DNA from: an uncultured bacterium
GTDB lineage: Bacteria > Zixibacteria > MSB-5A5 > UBA10806
Assembly: GCA_965541585.1 (NCBI GenBank)
Contig: CBEUCH010000001.1
Span: forward strand, 32,001 to 96,000
Direction: 5' to 3'
Length of the DNA stretch: 64,000 nucleotides
Shown: in pieces, positions 18,694 through 29,580 of the stretch
Layout of the letters: each line of letters opens with the position of its first letter
How positions within the stretch are numbered: the first letter of the stretch is position 1
Position numbers and translations under genes: made by a program
The notes under the pieces: model-generated
Seen by the model: only the letters and a program-made list of their open reading frames with translations
The model's database searches: none
What the model was told of the DNA's origin: nothing

Positions 18694-20102
18694 TGCGAGC
18701 ATCCTTGCATAATTTTTACAGGCGGACGGGATTCGCAGCCGTCGAGGCTGCCCGAGGTGCCGCGGCATTATTGCCGTTCGGACTCAATAAACGGAGGAGT
18801 TTCTGGCGGCATCTTAAGTTTTTGAGGGAATCACAGTGGAAGCCTCCGGAGTGGCACGTTGAATATCAGGAAAAACGGCTGAGATTATTGATGGATTTTG
18901 TATCCAGGGACGTTCCGTTTTATATCGATATTCTCAGAAAGGAGAATATTGCTCCCGATTCGATCCGAAACCTCCACGATCTTGCAAAGCTGCCGGTAAT
19001 CTCGAGATCGACCCTGAAGAATAATCTGCATAGATTTCTGCCCGGGGACGCCAAGCTTGGCCCGGCGTCCCACGGGTCCGGTGCTGTTTCGAAAACTGCA
19101 TCCGGCTTTCCGGTTGAGAAAGAAGCGGCGATAATGGAGGAGGCCCTCATCGCACGACATTGGGAGAATTGCGGGTATGAGTTAGGTCAGCCGGTAATTT
19201 ATCTAACGAACAGTTCGTCCGGTAAAGAGCGTGATCCCTATGTTTACGATGGAAATCATAACCGGCATTGTTTTGACGTAAGCCTGCTGACGGCAAAAAA
19301 TCTCTCGGAGTACTGCCGAAAATTAAAGGCGACTGATGCGGATTTCATATTCGGCTATCCCAGCGCTCTCGAAATCCTGGCGGATTCTATGATTCACTGG
19401 GGAATAGAGTTCGATTTTCTCGGCGTGATGAGCGCCCGGGAACTTTTGACCGATACGGCCCGGGCGAAAATAGAAGAGGGCTTCGGCGCCAAAGTTTACG
19501 ATTGGTACGGCCTGTCGTTCCCGGCCGCAAGTATGGGGCAATGTCATTATTGTGAAGGCTATCATCTGTTTTCCGAAGGCGGAATTCTCGAGCTGGTCGA
19601 TTTCGACGGGAATCCGGTAACGAGGAAAGGGACAGTCGGGCGGATGGTCGTAACAAACCTCACGAATCATGCCATGCCCTTAATTCGATACGATACGGGA
19701 GATCTGGGGGTCTACTGCGGCGAACCATGCCGTTGCGGGAGGGGCTTGCCGAGGATCGTGGAGAAGATTCCGGGCCGAACGCAGGATCTTCTGATAAGCG
19801 ATGATGGCCGGTATATAGAGCCGGGTAGTATTTATGCCCTGTTCTCAGAGTTCGGCATACCGGCGGCGAAATTCCAGATTATCCAGAACGACAGAGGGAG
19901 TTTTTCCATCAAATTGGTTCAGGATCTCGAATGTCGTGAGGAGATAATAAGTCGTCTGAAAAAGGCGCTGGCCGAACGTATCGGCGGAGAGCCGGAGATC
20001 GCGGTGGAGGTTGTTGATAAAATCGAGGCTGAAGGCGGCGAAATCATATCAGTTACCAGAAAGTTCGGTCTTGCTAATAAAGATGCCCTGCAGCCGGCAT
20101 GA
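18690..20102 (+). CDS. Phenylacetate-CoA ligase/CapK-like adenylate-forming fold protein, degenerate
   Basis: GYPS, DWYG, VVTNLTNHAMPLIRYDTGD, CRCGRGLP, GRxxD; no TSGSTG loop. Confidence 0.82.
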   Translation: MMRASLHNFYRRTGFAAVEAARGAAALLPFGLNKRRSFWRHLKFLRESQWKPPEWHVEYQEKRLRLLMDFVSRDVPFYIDILRKENIAPDSIRNLHDLAKLPVISRSTLKNNLHRFLPGDAKLGPASHGSGAVSKTASGFPVEKEAAIMEEALIARHWENCGYELGQPVIYLTNSSSGKERDPYVYDGNHNRHCFDVSLLTAKNLSEYCRKLKATDADFIFGYPSALEILADSMIHWGIEFDFLGVMSARELLTDTARAKIEEGFGAKVYDWYGLSFPAASMGQCHYCEGYHLFSEGGILELVDFDGNPVTRKGTVGRMVVTNLTNHAMPLIRYDTGDLGVYCGEPCRCGRGLPRIVEKIPGRTQDLLISDDGRYIEPGSIYALFSEFGIPAAKFQIIQNDRGSFSIKLVQDLECREEIISRLKKALAERIGGEPEIAVEVVDKIEAEGGEIISVTRKFGLANKDALQPA

Positions 20103-20156
20103 AGAATAAGAGGATGACCGTCGGTCCAGATAAACATTGAGATTTTAGAGATTCAG

Positions 20157-22232
20157 GTGATGAAAATGATAGAAGCGAGATTGAGGCCCTTTGTTGCCCG
20201 GGCCCGATTGGGAGGAAGAAAATGGCTAAAAAGAATGAAGCGGCGCCTGAGAGTAAAACCGATAGATGATTTTTTTGAAAGTCACTGGAAAGGGGCAGAG
20301 CCGTTATCCAATCGTTTTAGTCGCCGGGATTTGTCCTGTTTCTTTTTCACTTCCACCGATTATCGGAAATATGCGGAAGCTCTCAAATCACATTTTCCCG
20401 ATTCCTGTGATCAGGTCATCAGGAAAGCCTCTGATGTTGTAGACAACTGGTTCAATTTCCTGGGGACCGGTGATCTTCCTCTCGGAGAGGATATAGATTG
20501 GCATATCGACCATAAATCCGGGAAGCGCTGGCCGGACGGGCATTATTCAGGAGTGCAAATTGCCGATCTCAATGAAAATAAGGATGTGAAAATTCCGTGG
20601 GAGCTTTCGCGACTGCAGTTTTTCACCGACCTCGGGCGGGCATACTGGCTGACCGGAGATAACATTTATGTGGAAAAATTCAAGAATCTATTAAGCGACT
20701 GGGAGAGGAAAAATCCCGTGGATATGGGGCCCAACTGGACTTGCAGCATGGAGGTCGCGATCAGGGCCATCAATATTATCTGGGGGATCTATTTTTTCTC
20801 CGGCGCCGAGGCTATCGACGATGAATTTGTAAAGAATGTCATAAGGCTGCTTTATTATCATGGTTTGCACATAGAGAATAATCTCGAAGATATTTATGAC
20901 GGCGCCAATACGAACCATCTCGTGGCCGATTATCTGGGCCTTTTCTATCTTGGAGTTCTATTTCCGGAATTTGATCGATCCGAGGAATGGCGATCGAAAG
21001 CGATCAATGGCATGCAGAAGGAAATAGAAATACAGGTATATCCCGACGGCACCGATTACGAATGCTCGACGTCATATCATAGATTGAAGCTGGAGATGTT
21101 TCTCTCGGCGTTCATACTGGGCCGAATGAATTCTATCGAGTTTAATTCCGTATACAAAGAGCGTCTTCATCGTATGATACATTTCTCTGCGGCTATTACG
21201 GCGCCTTCCGGTAAGTCGCCTTTGATAGGCGATAACGACGACGGGTTCATAGTAAGGTTAGCGAACAATGATCCGGCCGATCATCGGCATCTGATCGATA
21301 CAGGCTCATTGATCTTCGGCGAAAAGGTGCCGGGGGATAATCCCATCTCCGAGGAAAGATTGTGGTATCTGGGGATAGACTCGCTGGTCCCCTATAGCGC
21401 CGGCGCGGAGCCGAGATCGCAATGGTTCAAGGATAGCGGATTCGTGATTATCCGGAATAGAAATCTGCACATGGTATTCAGTGCCATAAAAGCTTCAAAA
21501 CTTGCGATGAGCGGGCATAAGCACAACGATCTGTTGTCCTTCACGCTCGAAATCGACAGGATACCTTTTCTTATCGATCCCGGCACCTTCTGCTATACTG
21601 CGGATTACCAGATGCGAAATCTCTCCAGATCCACCAGACTGCACAATACTGTTACGATAGATGATACCGAGCAAACCCGATATTTCAAGAAGAGATTATT
21701 CTATATGCCGCCGGATGCTGATCCCAGAGTGAACCTGTGGGTGAAAGTCGGCAATTGCGCTGTGGTCTCTGCCACACATGACGGTTATTCAATGCTCGAC
21801 GATAACATCCTGCATAAGAGAAGCGTCTGGACGTCCATGGCAAATTATACCTTTCTGATTGTCGATGAATTTTCGGGAAGATCCAGGCACAGTCACACAT
21901 TTGACTTGAGGTTTATAACGCCGCTGGACAGGGTCGTACGGACTGACAATTCGGCCGTCTCGATTCAAAGCCGCCGAGCCGGGTCCCTGACGATAGGACC
22001 ATTGGATAGCGGGGCGGAGACGCTCAACATAGAGAAGGCCTTCTACTTCCCGCGTTACGGCGTAAGGCGGCCTGCGAATATCATAAAATATTCCTACAAA
22101 AGCAAGACGCCGTTTAAAGTCGCTACATTGATCTCCTACAGTGCGAAACTCAGCGGCAGTTCAAGTGAGCTCCGGATTGCAGCCCGGAATCTTGAAGAGA
22201 GATTTCAAGAGGTTGGAGTGGGGATTTCATAA
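20157..22232 (+). CDS. Heparinase II/III family protein
   Basis: DVKIPWELSRLQ, NWTCSMEVAIR, NHLVAD, ECSTSYH, GHKHNDLLSF, DPGT, RST..HNT. Confidence 0.88.
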   Translation: MMKMIEARLRPFVARARLGGRKWLKRMKRRLRVKPIDDFFESHWKGAEPLSNRFSRRDLSCFFFTSTDYRKYAEALKSHFPDSCDQVIRKASDVVDNWFNFLGTGDLPLGEDIDWHIDHKSGKRWPDGHYSGVQIADLNENKDVKIPWELSRLQFFTDLGRAYWLTGDNIYVEKFKNLLSDWERKNPVDMGPNWTCSMEVAIRAINIIWGIYFFSGAEAIDDEFVKNVIRLLYYHGLHIENNLEDIYDGANTNHLVADYLGLFYLGVLFPEFDRSEEWRSKAINGMQKEIEIQVYPDGTDYECSTSYHRLKLEMFLSAFILGRMNSIEFNSVYKERLHRMIHFSAAITAPSGKSPLIGDNDDGFIVRLANNDPADHRHLIDTGSLIFGEKVPGDNPISEERLWYLGIDSLVPYSAGAEPRSQWFKDSGFVIIRNRNLHMVFSAIKASKLAMSGHKHNDLLSFTLEIDRIPFLIDPGTFCYTADYQMRNLSRSTRLHNTVTIDDTEQTRYFKKRLFYMPPDADPRVNLWVKVGNCAVVSATHDGYSMLDDNILHKRSVWTSMANYTFLIVDEFSGRSRHSHTFDLRFITPLDRVVRTDNSAVSIQSRRAGSLTIGPLDSGAETLNIEKAFYFPRYGVRRPANIIKYSYKSKTPFKVATLISYSAKLSGSSSELRIAARNLEERFQEVGVGIS

Positions 22233-23497
22233 TGAGTCTGTGGCATCAACTCAAGCGTTTTATTAAGCTGCTCGATATGGAGGTTCCGCAGGTGTCAAAA
22301 GCGGCGGCCCTGGAATTGGGGGAACATCGTGGCTTCACCGGTGAAAACATAGTCACGCTGTCTACCCAGGATTGGGCGGATCTCTGGACAGGTAAGCAAC
22401 GTTTCATGCTCCAGTTTGCAAGGCAGGGAAACCGTGTCCTGTACGTGGAGACCCAATTTCACTGGGTGACATACCTGAGGCTATTTGGAAGGCACTGGAG
22501 ACGAGCATTTCTATTTCTCCGGGGAGCAAGAGAGGTCGAGCGAAATCTATACATTTATACGCCACCCATATTATTGCCGGGATTTCAGATATTTCCGTGG
22601 ATAAACGTCATTAATAATTTCGTTCTCGGTATTTTCCTCAAATTAGTTCTTAAGAGGCTGTCTTTTAATGATCCGCTATTATGGCTTTATACGCATTTCA
22701 ATCGATCCCTTGTAAAGAGGTTGAGTTGCAAAAAGGCGTTATATTTTTGTGTTGACGAGCTTTCCGCCGCCAGGGGTCTGATCAGTAAAGAGGTTGTCGT
22801 CAGGCAGGAGGTCGATACGCTCGAATCCGTCGATGCCGCAATCGCCACTACGGATGTGCTCAAAGATACCAGGAATCGGTTTAACGATAATATTCATGTA
22901 GTTCCGAATGCGACAAACGTTTCTCATTTCAATAAGGCCGTGTCGGGCAATTGTCCGGAGCCGCAAGACTTGAGGAAAATACCAAGACCGAGGTTGGTAT
23001 TTGTCGGGGCCATAGGATACTGGCTTGACCTGGGGCTGCTCCGGAACATAGCGATATCGAGACCCCATTGGCAAATTGTCTTGATCGGACCCAAAATGAC
23101 AGACACCGGACTATTGAAGAATTTGGAAAACGTGCATTTTCTGAGGCGGAAAGATTATGATAGCCTTCCCGACTATCTGGCCTGGTGCGACGTAGCTCTG
23201 AATCCCTATAAAGACGATGATCTTGCCAGAGGATGTTCTCCATTAAAACTGTATGAATATATAGCGGCGGGGCTGCCGGTCGTTTCAACCGTAATGCCGG
23301 AAGCCCGACGTTTCAACGGTCTCGTGAGAATCGCAGAGAACCATGATGATTTCATAGGTGGGATAGAGGAGATTCTCTCACTCGAGGAAACGGCCAGATC
23401 CTCGAATAGACGTAAAGCCTATGAAGAATCGCAGAACCATACCTGGGAGAAAAGATTTCTCGAAGTAGAGAAAATTGTCAAGGAGATACTCGTATGA
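22232..23497 (+). CDS. Glycosyltransferase (GT4-like, TuaH type)
   Basis: GNRVLYVE, VPNA, SPLKLYEYIAAGLPVV, HTWEKR. Confidence 0.88.
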   Translation: MSLWHQLKRFIKLLDMEVPQVSKAAALELGEHRGFTGENIVTLSTQDWADLWTGKQRFMLQFARQGNRVLYVETQFHWVTYLRLFGRHWRRAFLFLRGAREVERNLYIYTPPILLPGFQIFPWINVINNFVLGIFLKLVLKRLSFNDPLLWLYTHFNRSLVKRLSCKKALYFCVDELSAARGLISKEVVVRQEVDTLESVDAAIATTDVLKDTRNRFNDNIHVVPNATNVSHFNKAVSGNCPEPQDLRKIPRPRLVFVGAIGYWLDLGLLRNIAISRPHWQIVLIGPKMTDTGLLKNLENVHFLRRKDYDSLPDYLAWCDVALNPYKDDDLARGCSPLKLYEYIAAGLPVVSTVMPEARRFNGLVRIAENHDDFIGGIEEILSLEETARSSNRRKAYEESQNHTWEKRFLEVEKIVKEILV

Positions 23498-24675
23498 AGG
23501 TAGCAATCAAGGCAACTCATATTACGCATGGGGGCGGGCTTGTTCATCTTAACAAGCTGATTGAATGGTTTTCCAGAATATCACCGGAGAAGGAATTCGT
23601 AGTTCTCGGAAAATCGGGACAGGAGAAATTATTTGTTAAGGCTCCGGAGAATTTCGAATACAGGTTTTATAAAGCGCCGTCCTTGAACCTCTTTGCCCAG
23701 GTGTTCTGGGAGCGGTATAAGCTTGCGAGTGTAGTCAAAGAAATTGGATGCGATTTGCTGTTCGAGCCGGGTAATTATGGCGCCAGAAGCGTTCATTGCC
23801 CGAAGGTGACGCTGATACATAATATAGCGCCATTCGATAATCAATATATCAAGAAGGAAAATCCATACCAGAAGATAAGGCTAAAGCTTCTTAAGAGAGC
23901 GACCATCAGCAGTATGAGATCTTCCCAGGGCATAATTTATCTGTCCGAGTATTGCCGTGATTTCTTTTCCAGATACGTAGATAATTCCAGGCAGAAGACG
24001 GCGGCTATTTTTCACGGCAGGCCGGAATTCGTGGAGCCTGTGGATGAAACTGATGTGCTGTGTAGATATGGCATCGATGGCGACTATATCCTCTCGGTGT
24101 CGCATATATATCGTTACAAGAAAACCAAAGAGATGGTCCGGAGCTATCTACATGCGCTGGGGGATAATCCCGATCTGCCGCCGCTCTATATCGCCGGCGG
24201 CAATTACGATTCGGAATATGTCGAACAGATCAAACGCATGATCAGAAAGCAGTCAGGCAGCGGCCGCGTTCATTTTCTGGGAGCAGTTCCCGAGGCCGAC
24301 CTTCAGGCGCTCTACAGAAATTGCAGGGCATTCTTATTTTCCTCGGTACTGGAGACATGTTCGATAATTCTTATTGAGGCCATGACTCACGGCTGTGCTA
24401 TGGCTTGTTCAAATAAGGGTGTTATCCCTGAGGTCACGGGGGGAGCCGCGCTGTATTTCGACCCGGATGATATGGAGGATTTTGCGTTTAAGATAAGATC
24501 GATATGTGAAGATAACGAATTGAACTGGTTTTTAAGGGGGAAAGCTAGGGAGAGAGCCCGGTTTTTCTCTTGGGAAAAGGCTGCAAAAGAGACTCTTAAC
24601 TTTCTCCATGAAGTCATGGATTCGGACAGTATCCGCTCGAGGGAACGGGAAGGCCTGGAGGGGAAGCTTGCGTAA
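23494..24675 (+). CDS. Glycosyltransferase family 4
   Basis: GGG N-terminal motif, SSVLETCSIILIEAM (E-X7-E), FSWEKAA. Confidence 0.88.
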   Translation: MKVAIKATHITHGGGLVHLNKLIEWFSRISPEKEFVVLGKSGQEKLFVKAPENFEYRFYKAPSLNLFAQVFWERYKLASVVKEIGCDLLFEPGNYGARSVHCPKVTLIHNIAPFDNQYIKKENPYQKIRLKLLKRATISSMRSSQGIIYLSEYCRDFFSRYVDNSRQKTAAIFHGRPEFVEPVDETDVLCRYGIDGDYILSVSHIYRYKKTKEMVRSYLHALGDNPDLPPLYIAGGNYDSEYVEQIKRMIRKQSGSGRVHFLGAVPEADLQALYRNCRAFLFSSVLETCSIILIEAMTHGCAMACSNKGVIPEVTGGAALYFDPDDMEDFAFKIRSICEDNELNWFLRGKARERARFFSWEKAAKETLNFLHEVMDSDSIRSREREGLEGKLA

Positions 24676-24715
24676 GATGGGATTTGAAAGAAAAACCTAA
24701 AAGCGGAGATTTAGG

Positions 24716-25927
24716 ATGGACTATTTGAAGCAGCCTCTTGGATTCAAGATAAAAAAGGTTCTCAGATACCTGAAGATGTATGGGGGCGGTAGAACCTACA
24801 TTAAGGTTTTGGGGCAATTGCATATGCGCAAGGAATACGAGTCGCTGGCGCCGTATATCGGCCGGATAGGAAAAAAGCAGACTGTGGGTTTGATTGGTTG
24901 CGGTAATTATGCTTTCTCGAATATAGCCTATTTCCTTAATAAGACGTTCGGAAAAGTACTTGCAGGCTGTATGGATATCAATGAAAACCGTGCGGCCTCG
25001 CTTGCGTCTCACTACGGAATACCTATCCACACGGGAGATTCCAACGAAATTATTCAGAACAAAAATATTTGTCTTATATATATAGCTTCGAACCACGCGT
25101 CTCATGCTGAATATGCTATTAAGGCTTTGAATCACGGAAAACATGTATATATAGAAAAACCCCATGTAGTATCTCTTGATCAGCTATTTAGATTATACAA
25201 TGCTATGAAATCATCCAAAGGCAAGATCTTTTTAGGGTTTAACCGGCCAAGGAGCCGTTTTGGCTCGTTGATTAGAAGATATCTTGGCGAGCAGAGCGGC
25301 CAAGGGATGTATAACTGGTTTATCGCCGGTCACGCAATCGACCCGGATCACTGGTATTTCAGTGAGGGTGAGGGTGGACGCGTTCTGGGCAATCTATGCC
25401 ACTGGATCGATTTTGTTTTCAGGATGGTCGCCGAAAATACCTATCCCCTTACAATCAACCCAACGCGTCACGTCAAGAGCGATTGCGATATCGTCGTCAC
25501 ATATGTCTTCGGAGAAGGCACGATTGCAAATATATCATTCTCTGCTAAGGGACACACATTCGAAGGCGTAAAAGAAAGTTTCAGGGCTCAAAAGGGAAAC
25601 GTGCTGATTACCATGGATGATTTCAAGCGGATGACGGTCGAGATCGCCGACGCAAAGAAACGCTACCACAATTTTTATCGCGATCACGGCCATAGGCATA
25701 ATATAGTATCCGCTTATAAGAACGTCCATTTCAACGAACAGTATTGCCGCGAAACGGAATATTCTCAAATCTTGAATTCGGCTTGGCTTTTTTTGAAGAC
25801 AAAAGAGGCTTTAGAAAAAAATGAACGTATAACTCTAAATTCCTTTGAGGAGTCGCTTGCCAATATGCCGGGAAACCGGGGTGAGAATATGATGGATAAT
25901 CAGAATTCCATTTTGCAGGAAATATGA
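24716..25927 (+). CDS. Gfo/Idh/MocA family oxidoreductase
   Basis: IGCGNYA, HVYIEKP, GFNR, GGRVLGNLCHWID. Confidence 0.88.
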   Translation: MDYLKQPLGFKIKKVLRYLKMYGGGRTYIKVLGQLHMRKEYESLAPYIGRIGKKQTVGLIGCGNYAFSNIAYFLNKTFGKVLAGCMDINENRAASLASHYGIPIHTGDSNEIIQNKNICLIYIASNHASHAEYAIKALNHGKHVYIEKPHVVSLDQLFRLYNAMKSSKGKIFLGFNRPRSRFGSLIRRYLGEQSGQGMYNWFIAGHAIDPDHWYFSEGEGGRVLGNLCHWIDFVFRMVAENTYPLTINPTRHVKSDCDIVVTYVFGEGTIANISFSAKGHTFEGVKESFRAQKGNVLITMDDFKRMTVEIADAKKRYHNFYRDHGHRHNIVSAYKNVHFNEQYCRETEYSQILNSAWLFLKTKEALEKNERITLNSFEESLANMPGNRGENMMDNQNSILQEI

Positions 25928-26053
25928 AATTGAGATTGACCAGGATATCAAAACGTCTTCACGGAATATTTCGAGGAAAAGAAAGGCAAGTTAGAGCAAT
26001 CTAGCTGGAGGAAAATAGCCGATAATAGCGCATAACGGGATGTAGAGGGGAAA

Positions 26054-28222
26054 ATGAAGCAGGTGTTACAATACAACCGCCAGCGGGCTCCCAGAGTCGA
26101 GGATATACCCTCGCCCGCTATGAAAGGCCCGGGTCTGATCGTTAGCAATAGATGTTCGCTGATATCCGTCGGAACGGAAAGACAGATAATTAAATTATCG
26201 CAGTTGTCGCTGGCGGGGAAGGCTCGCCAACGGCCTGATATGGTCAGGCAGGTTCTGGCAAAAGTGCGGACGGAGGGATTTGTCTCAACCTATTACAAAG
26301 TCAGGGGACGTCTGAAGACGCCGGTTCCACTGGGCTACAGCTCGGCGGGTACTATAGAAAAGGTGCACTCGTCGTTGGATAGATGGACTCCGGGGGAAAG
26401 GGTCGCCTGCGCGGGCTATGGTTATGCCTGTCACGCCGAGACGATATATGTGCCTACCAATCTGGCCGTAAAGATCCCGGACAATGTGACCTTTGAAGAG
26501 GCAAGTTTCGTCACCCTGGGGGCAATTGCCATGCAGGGTGTTCGGATAGCGGACGTTAGTTTAGGCGAAACCGTGGCTGTGATCGGATTGGGTCTCCTGG
26601 GGCAATTGACGTGCAGACTGTTGTCGGCCTCCGGATGCCGGGTCATCGGATTGGACATTGACGAAAATAAACTGGCCATTGCACAAAAAGAAGGAATCGA
26701 ATGGGCTCTGCCGGCCGACGATGCCTCCGTCGCAACGGTTTTAGATTTGACCTCCGGAAAAGGTGTTGACTCGGCCATTATCACCGCCGCCTCGGATTCC
26801 TCCGGTCCGGTGGAAACAGCCGGGCGAATTTGCCGGGATAAAGGAACAGTAGTAGCTGTCGGCTCGGTCGGGTTGAACGTGCCGCGGAAAATATTCTATG
26901 AGAAAGAGCTGGAACTTAAGCTTTCTCGTTCGTATGGGCCCGGGCGTTACGACTACAATTACGAGGAAGCCGGCAGGGATTATCCTTACGGCTATGTTCG
27001 CTGGACCGAAAACCGAAACATGGAATCGTTTCTCCAGCTGGTATCAACCGGCAGGGTAGATATCAAAAACCTGATTACCCATCGGTTTGATATAAGCCAG
27101 GCAGACAAGGCCTATAGCCTGATTTCGGGCCGGGATTCGGAAAGCTACTTAGGCGTGGTGTTGAATTATCCCGCGGAAAATCCCGAACGCCGAAACAGAT
27201 TGACCCTGCCAAAGAATAGCGCCATGAAATTGAGCCGATCATCGACGATCCCGATCGGTTTCGCGGGGGCGGGAGAGTTTGCCTCGGGTGTGCTGCTGCC
27301 TAATATCAAACGGATAGCGGCATACGATAACAAATTAATTATGTCCGGAGGCGGGGTTTCAGCCGCCACTGCCGCAAAGAGGTTCGGTTTTAAAGCGACG
27401 GTATCGAGCTTCGACGAGATTATAGGAAATCCGGAAATAGGGGCCGTCTTCATTGCAAACAGGCATCATCAGCATGCGGAAGCAGTGATAAAATCACTTC
27501 TTGCCGGCAAGCCCACGTATGTGGAAAAACCACTATGCTTGAATCGAGAGGAACTGGAGCAGATCAGGTCCGCTTACATGGCGACGGGGGCTCCATTGAT
27601 GGTCGGTTACAACCGCAGATTCGCACCTCTGATTAGAAAGATCAAGGAAAAGCTCAGGGGAACAGGCTACCCGGTTTCAATGCACTACAGGATCAACGCC
27701 GGATTCATTCCAACCGACAACTGGGTCCAGGATCCCGAATGCGGAGGCGGACGGATAATCGGCGAGATATGCCATTTCATCGATCTGCTCTCATATCTCT
27801 CAGGCGCCAGACCCGTGAAGGTTCATGCCGAGGCTCTATCCATGCCGAACGATCGATTTCGCTCCGACGATAACCTCCAGGTGATGATACGTTTTTCGGA
27901 TGGCTCGGTGGGCACCATAAATTATGTAGCGTCCGGGAATAAAAACGTTCCGAAAGAGTATCTGGAAATAATCGGCGGAAGCCTGGTTATCCAGTTAAAT
28001 GATTTCAAGATGCTGACGATCGCCGGTGATAAAGGATTACAGATGGATAAGAAACGGGGCCAGGATAAAGGTCATCGGAAAATGCTCGAACTCTGGAGCC
28101 ACTACCTGGCAGCCGACCTCGGATCTCCGATTCCTTTTGACAGCCTGATTGATACGTCCATAACAACATTCGAGATACTGGAATCATTATCGAGCGGGAA
28201 GCCAGTTTGGATAAACGGTTGA
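26054..28222 (+). CDS. Bi-domain oxidoreductase (Zn-ADH-like plus Gfo/Idh/MocA)
   Basis: SLISVGTE, PLGYS, GLGLLG, SRSYGPGRYD, RWTENRN, VEKP, GYNRRF, GEICHFID, DKGH. Confidence 0.92.
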   Translation: MKQVLQYNRQRAPRVEDIPSPAMKGPGLIVSNRCSLISVGTERQIIKLSQLSLAGKARQRPDMVRQVLAKVRTEGFVSTYYKVRGRLKTPVPLGYSSAGTIEKVHSSLDRWTPGERVACAGYGYACHAETIYVPTNLAVKIPDNVTFEEASFVTLGAIAMQGVRIADVSLGETVAVIGLGLLGQLTCRLLSASGCRVIGLDIDENKLAIAQKEGIEWALPADDASVATVLDLTSGKGVDSAIITAASDSSGPVETAGRICRDKGTVVAVGSVGLNVPRKIFYEKELELKLSRSYGPGRYDYNYEEAGRDYPYGYVRWTENRNMESFLQLVSTGRVDIKNLITHRFDISQADKAYSLISGRDSESYLGVVLNYPAENPERRNRLTLPKNSAMKLSRSSTIPIGFAGAGEFASGVLLPNIKRIAAYDNKLIMSGGGVSAATAAKRFGFKATVSSFDEIIGNPEIGAVFIANRHHQHAEAVIKSLLAGKPTYVEKPLCLNREELEQIRSAYMATGAPLMVGYNRRFAPLIRKIKEKLRGTGYPVSMHYRINAGFIPTDNWVQDPECGGGRIIGEICHFIDLLSYLSGARPVKVHAEALSMPNDRFRSDDNLQVMIRFSDGSVGTINYVASGNKNVPKEYLEIIGGSLVIQLNDFKMLTIAGDKGLQMDKKRGQDKGHRKMLELWSHYLAADLGSPIPFDSLIDTSITTFEILESLSSGKPVWING

Positions 28223-29547
28223 AAGTTCTCTATATATCTCACTATTTCCCCCCCGAGGTCAACGCACCCGCGGTTCGTGTCTCCGAGACGGCGGAACGCT
28301 GGGCGCAAAGGGGAGCGGATGTCACGGTTCTCACCTGTTTCCCCAACCATCCAAGCGGCATCATCCCGGAAGAATACCGGGGGTATAAACATCTCTTAGA
28401 GGTACGAAACAACGTACGGATTGTGAGAACCTATGTTTATGCGGCTCCAAACGCTGGTATTATCAGACGAATAATAAACTATTTTTCATTTATGTTATCA
28501 TCGATAATTCTCGGATTCCGGCAGGTGGGCGAACCCGATGTCATCATAGCAACATCGCCGCAGTTTTTCGTTGCCATTGCCGGTTATATTTTGAGCCGTC
28601 TTAAGCGATGCAAATTCATCTTTGAGGTCAGGGATATCTGGCCGGAGGAGATCGTTGCGGTGGGCGCCATGACGAACAGGATCGCCATAAGGACCTTAGA
28701 GGCGATCGAAGTCTTCCTGTATAAAAAAGCCGATCTCATAGTAGCCGTTGCACAGGGTACGATAGACCTGTTGGCAAAAAAAGGAATTTCCCAATCGAAA
28801 ATTGCTCTGGTGCCAAACGGCGTAAATATGAACCTCTTTCAGAGTGGTTCCGACGGGCTGTCGATCCGCAGAAAATTAAGAAAGCCGCATGATTTTCTTG
28901 TCGGGTATATCGGTACTCACGGGATGGCCCACAGGCTTGATATTGTCCTGGAAGCTGCGGAAATTCTACGGAATAACCGCGGCATCACTTTTCTTTTCGT
29001 TGGAGACGGCGCCGAGAAGAGCGAATTGATGCTGAGGGCTGAGAATCTGCAATTACCGAACGTAATATTCCATGATCAGGTCGAGAGGGCCGAAGTGCCG
29101 GATTATTACCGGGCCTGCGACGTTTGTCTTGTTCCCCTGCGGAAGGCGGATCTGTTCACAAAGAATATCCCCAGCAAGATCTATGAGATTATGGCCGCCG
29201 GCAAACCGATTATTATTTCTACCGAAGGGGAGTCAAGACGTTTAATCGAAAACGCCGGCGCCGGCCTGGCGGTCAGGCCGGAGGATGCCGGGGACCTGGC
29301 GGAAAAGATCATGATACTATTCAATGATCGGGAACTCTGCCGAAACTCAGGAAGAAACGGCTATTCATTTGCCCTGGCCAACTGTTCACGAAACAGACTG
29401 GCCGATCAATATCTCGAGATACTCCAGAAAGTTGTCAGCGGCAAGAGAGAGTTTTCACCGGCTAAACAGAAAAGCGTATCTACCGAAAATATAGATATAC
29501 CATATGAATACGCAGCGGAATCGGCGGAAACAGAAGCGGACGGGTAA
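28207..29547 (+). CDS. Glycosyltransferase family 4 (WbuB-like)
   Basis: HYFPPEVNA, FPNHPSG, ATSPQFF, EVRDIWP, PSKIYEIMA. Confidence 0.9.
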   Translation: MDKRLKVLYISHYFPPEVNAPAVRVSETAERWAQRGADVTVLTCFPNHPSGIIPEEYRGYKHLLEVRNNVRIVRTYVYAAPNAGIIRRIINYFSFMLSSIILGFRQVGEPDVIIATSPQFFVAIAGYILSRLKRCKFIFEVRDIWPEEIVAVGAMTNRIAIRTLEAIEVFLYKKADLIVAVAQGTIDLLAKKGISQSKIALVPNGVNMNLFQSGSDGLSIRRKLRKPHDFLVGYIGTHGMAHRLDIVLEAAEILRNNRGITFLFVGDGAEKSELMLRAENLQLPNVIFHDQVERAEVPDYYRACDVCLVPLRKADLFTKNIPSKIYEIMAAGKPIIISTEGESRRLIENAGAGLAVRPEDAGDLAEKIMILFNDRELCRNSGRNGYSFALANCSRNRLADQYLEILQKVVSGKREFSPAKQKSVSTENIDIPYEYAAESAETEADG

Positions 29548-29580
29548 ATAGCCCGTGATAGATCCGGTGAAGGGGAACAC

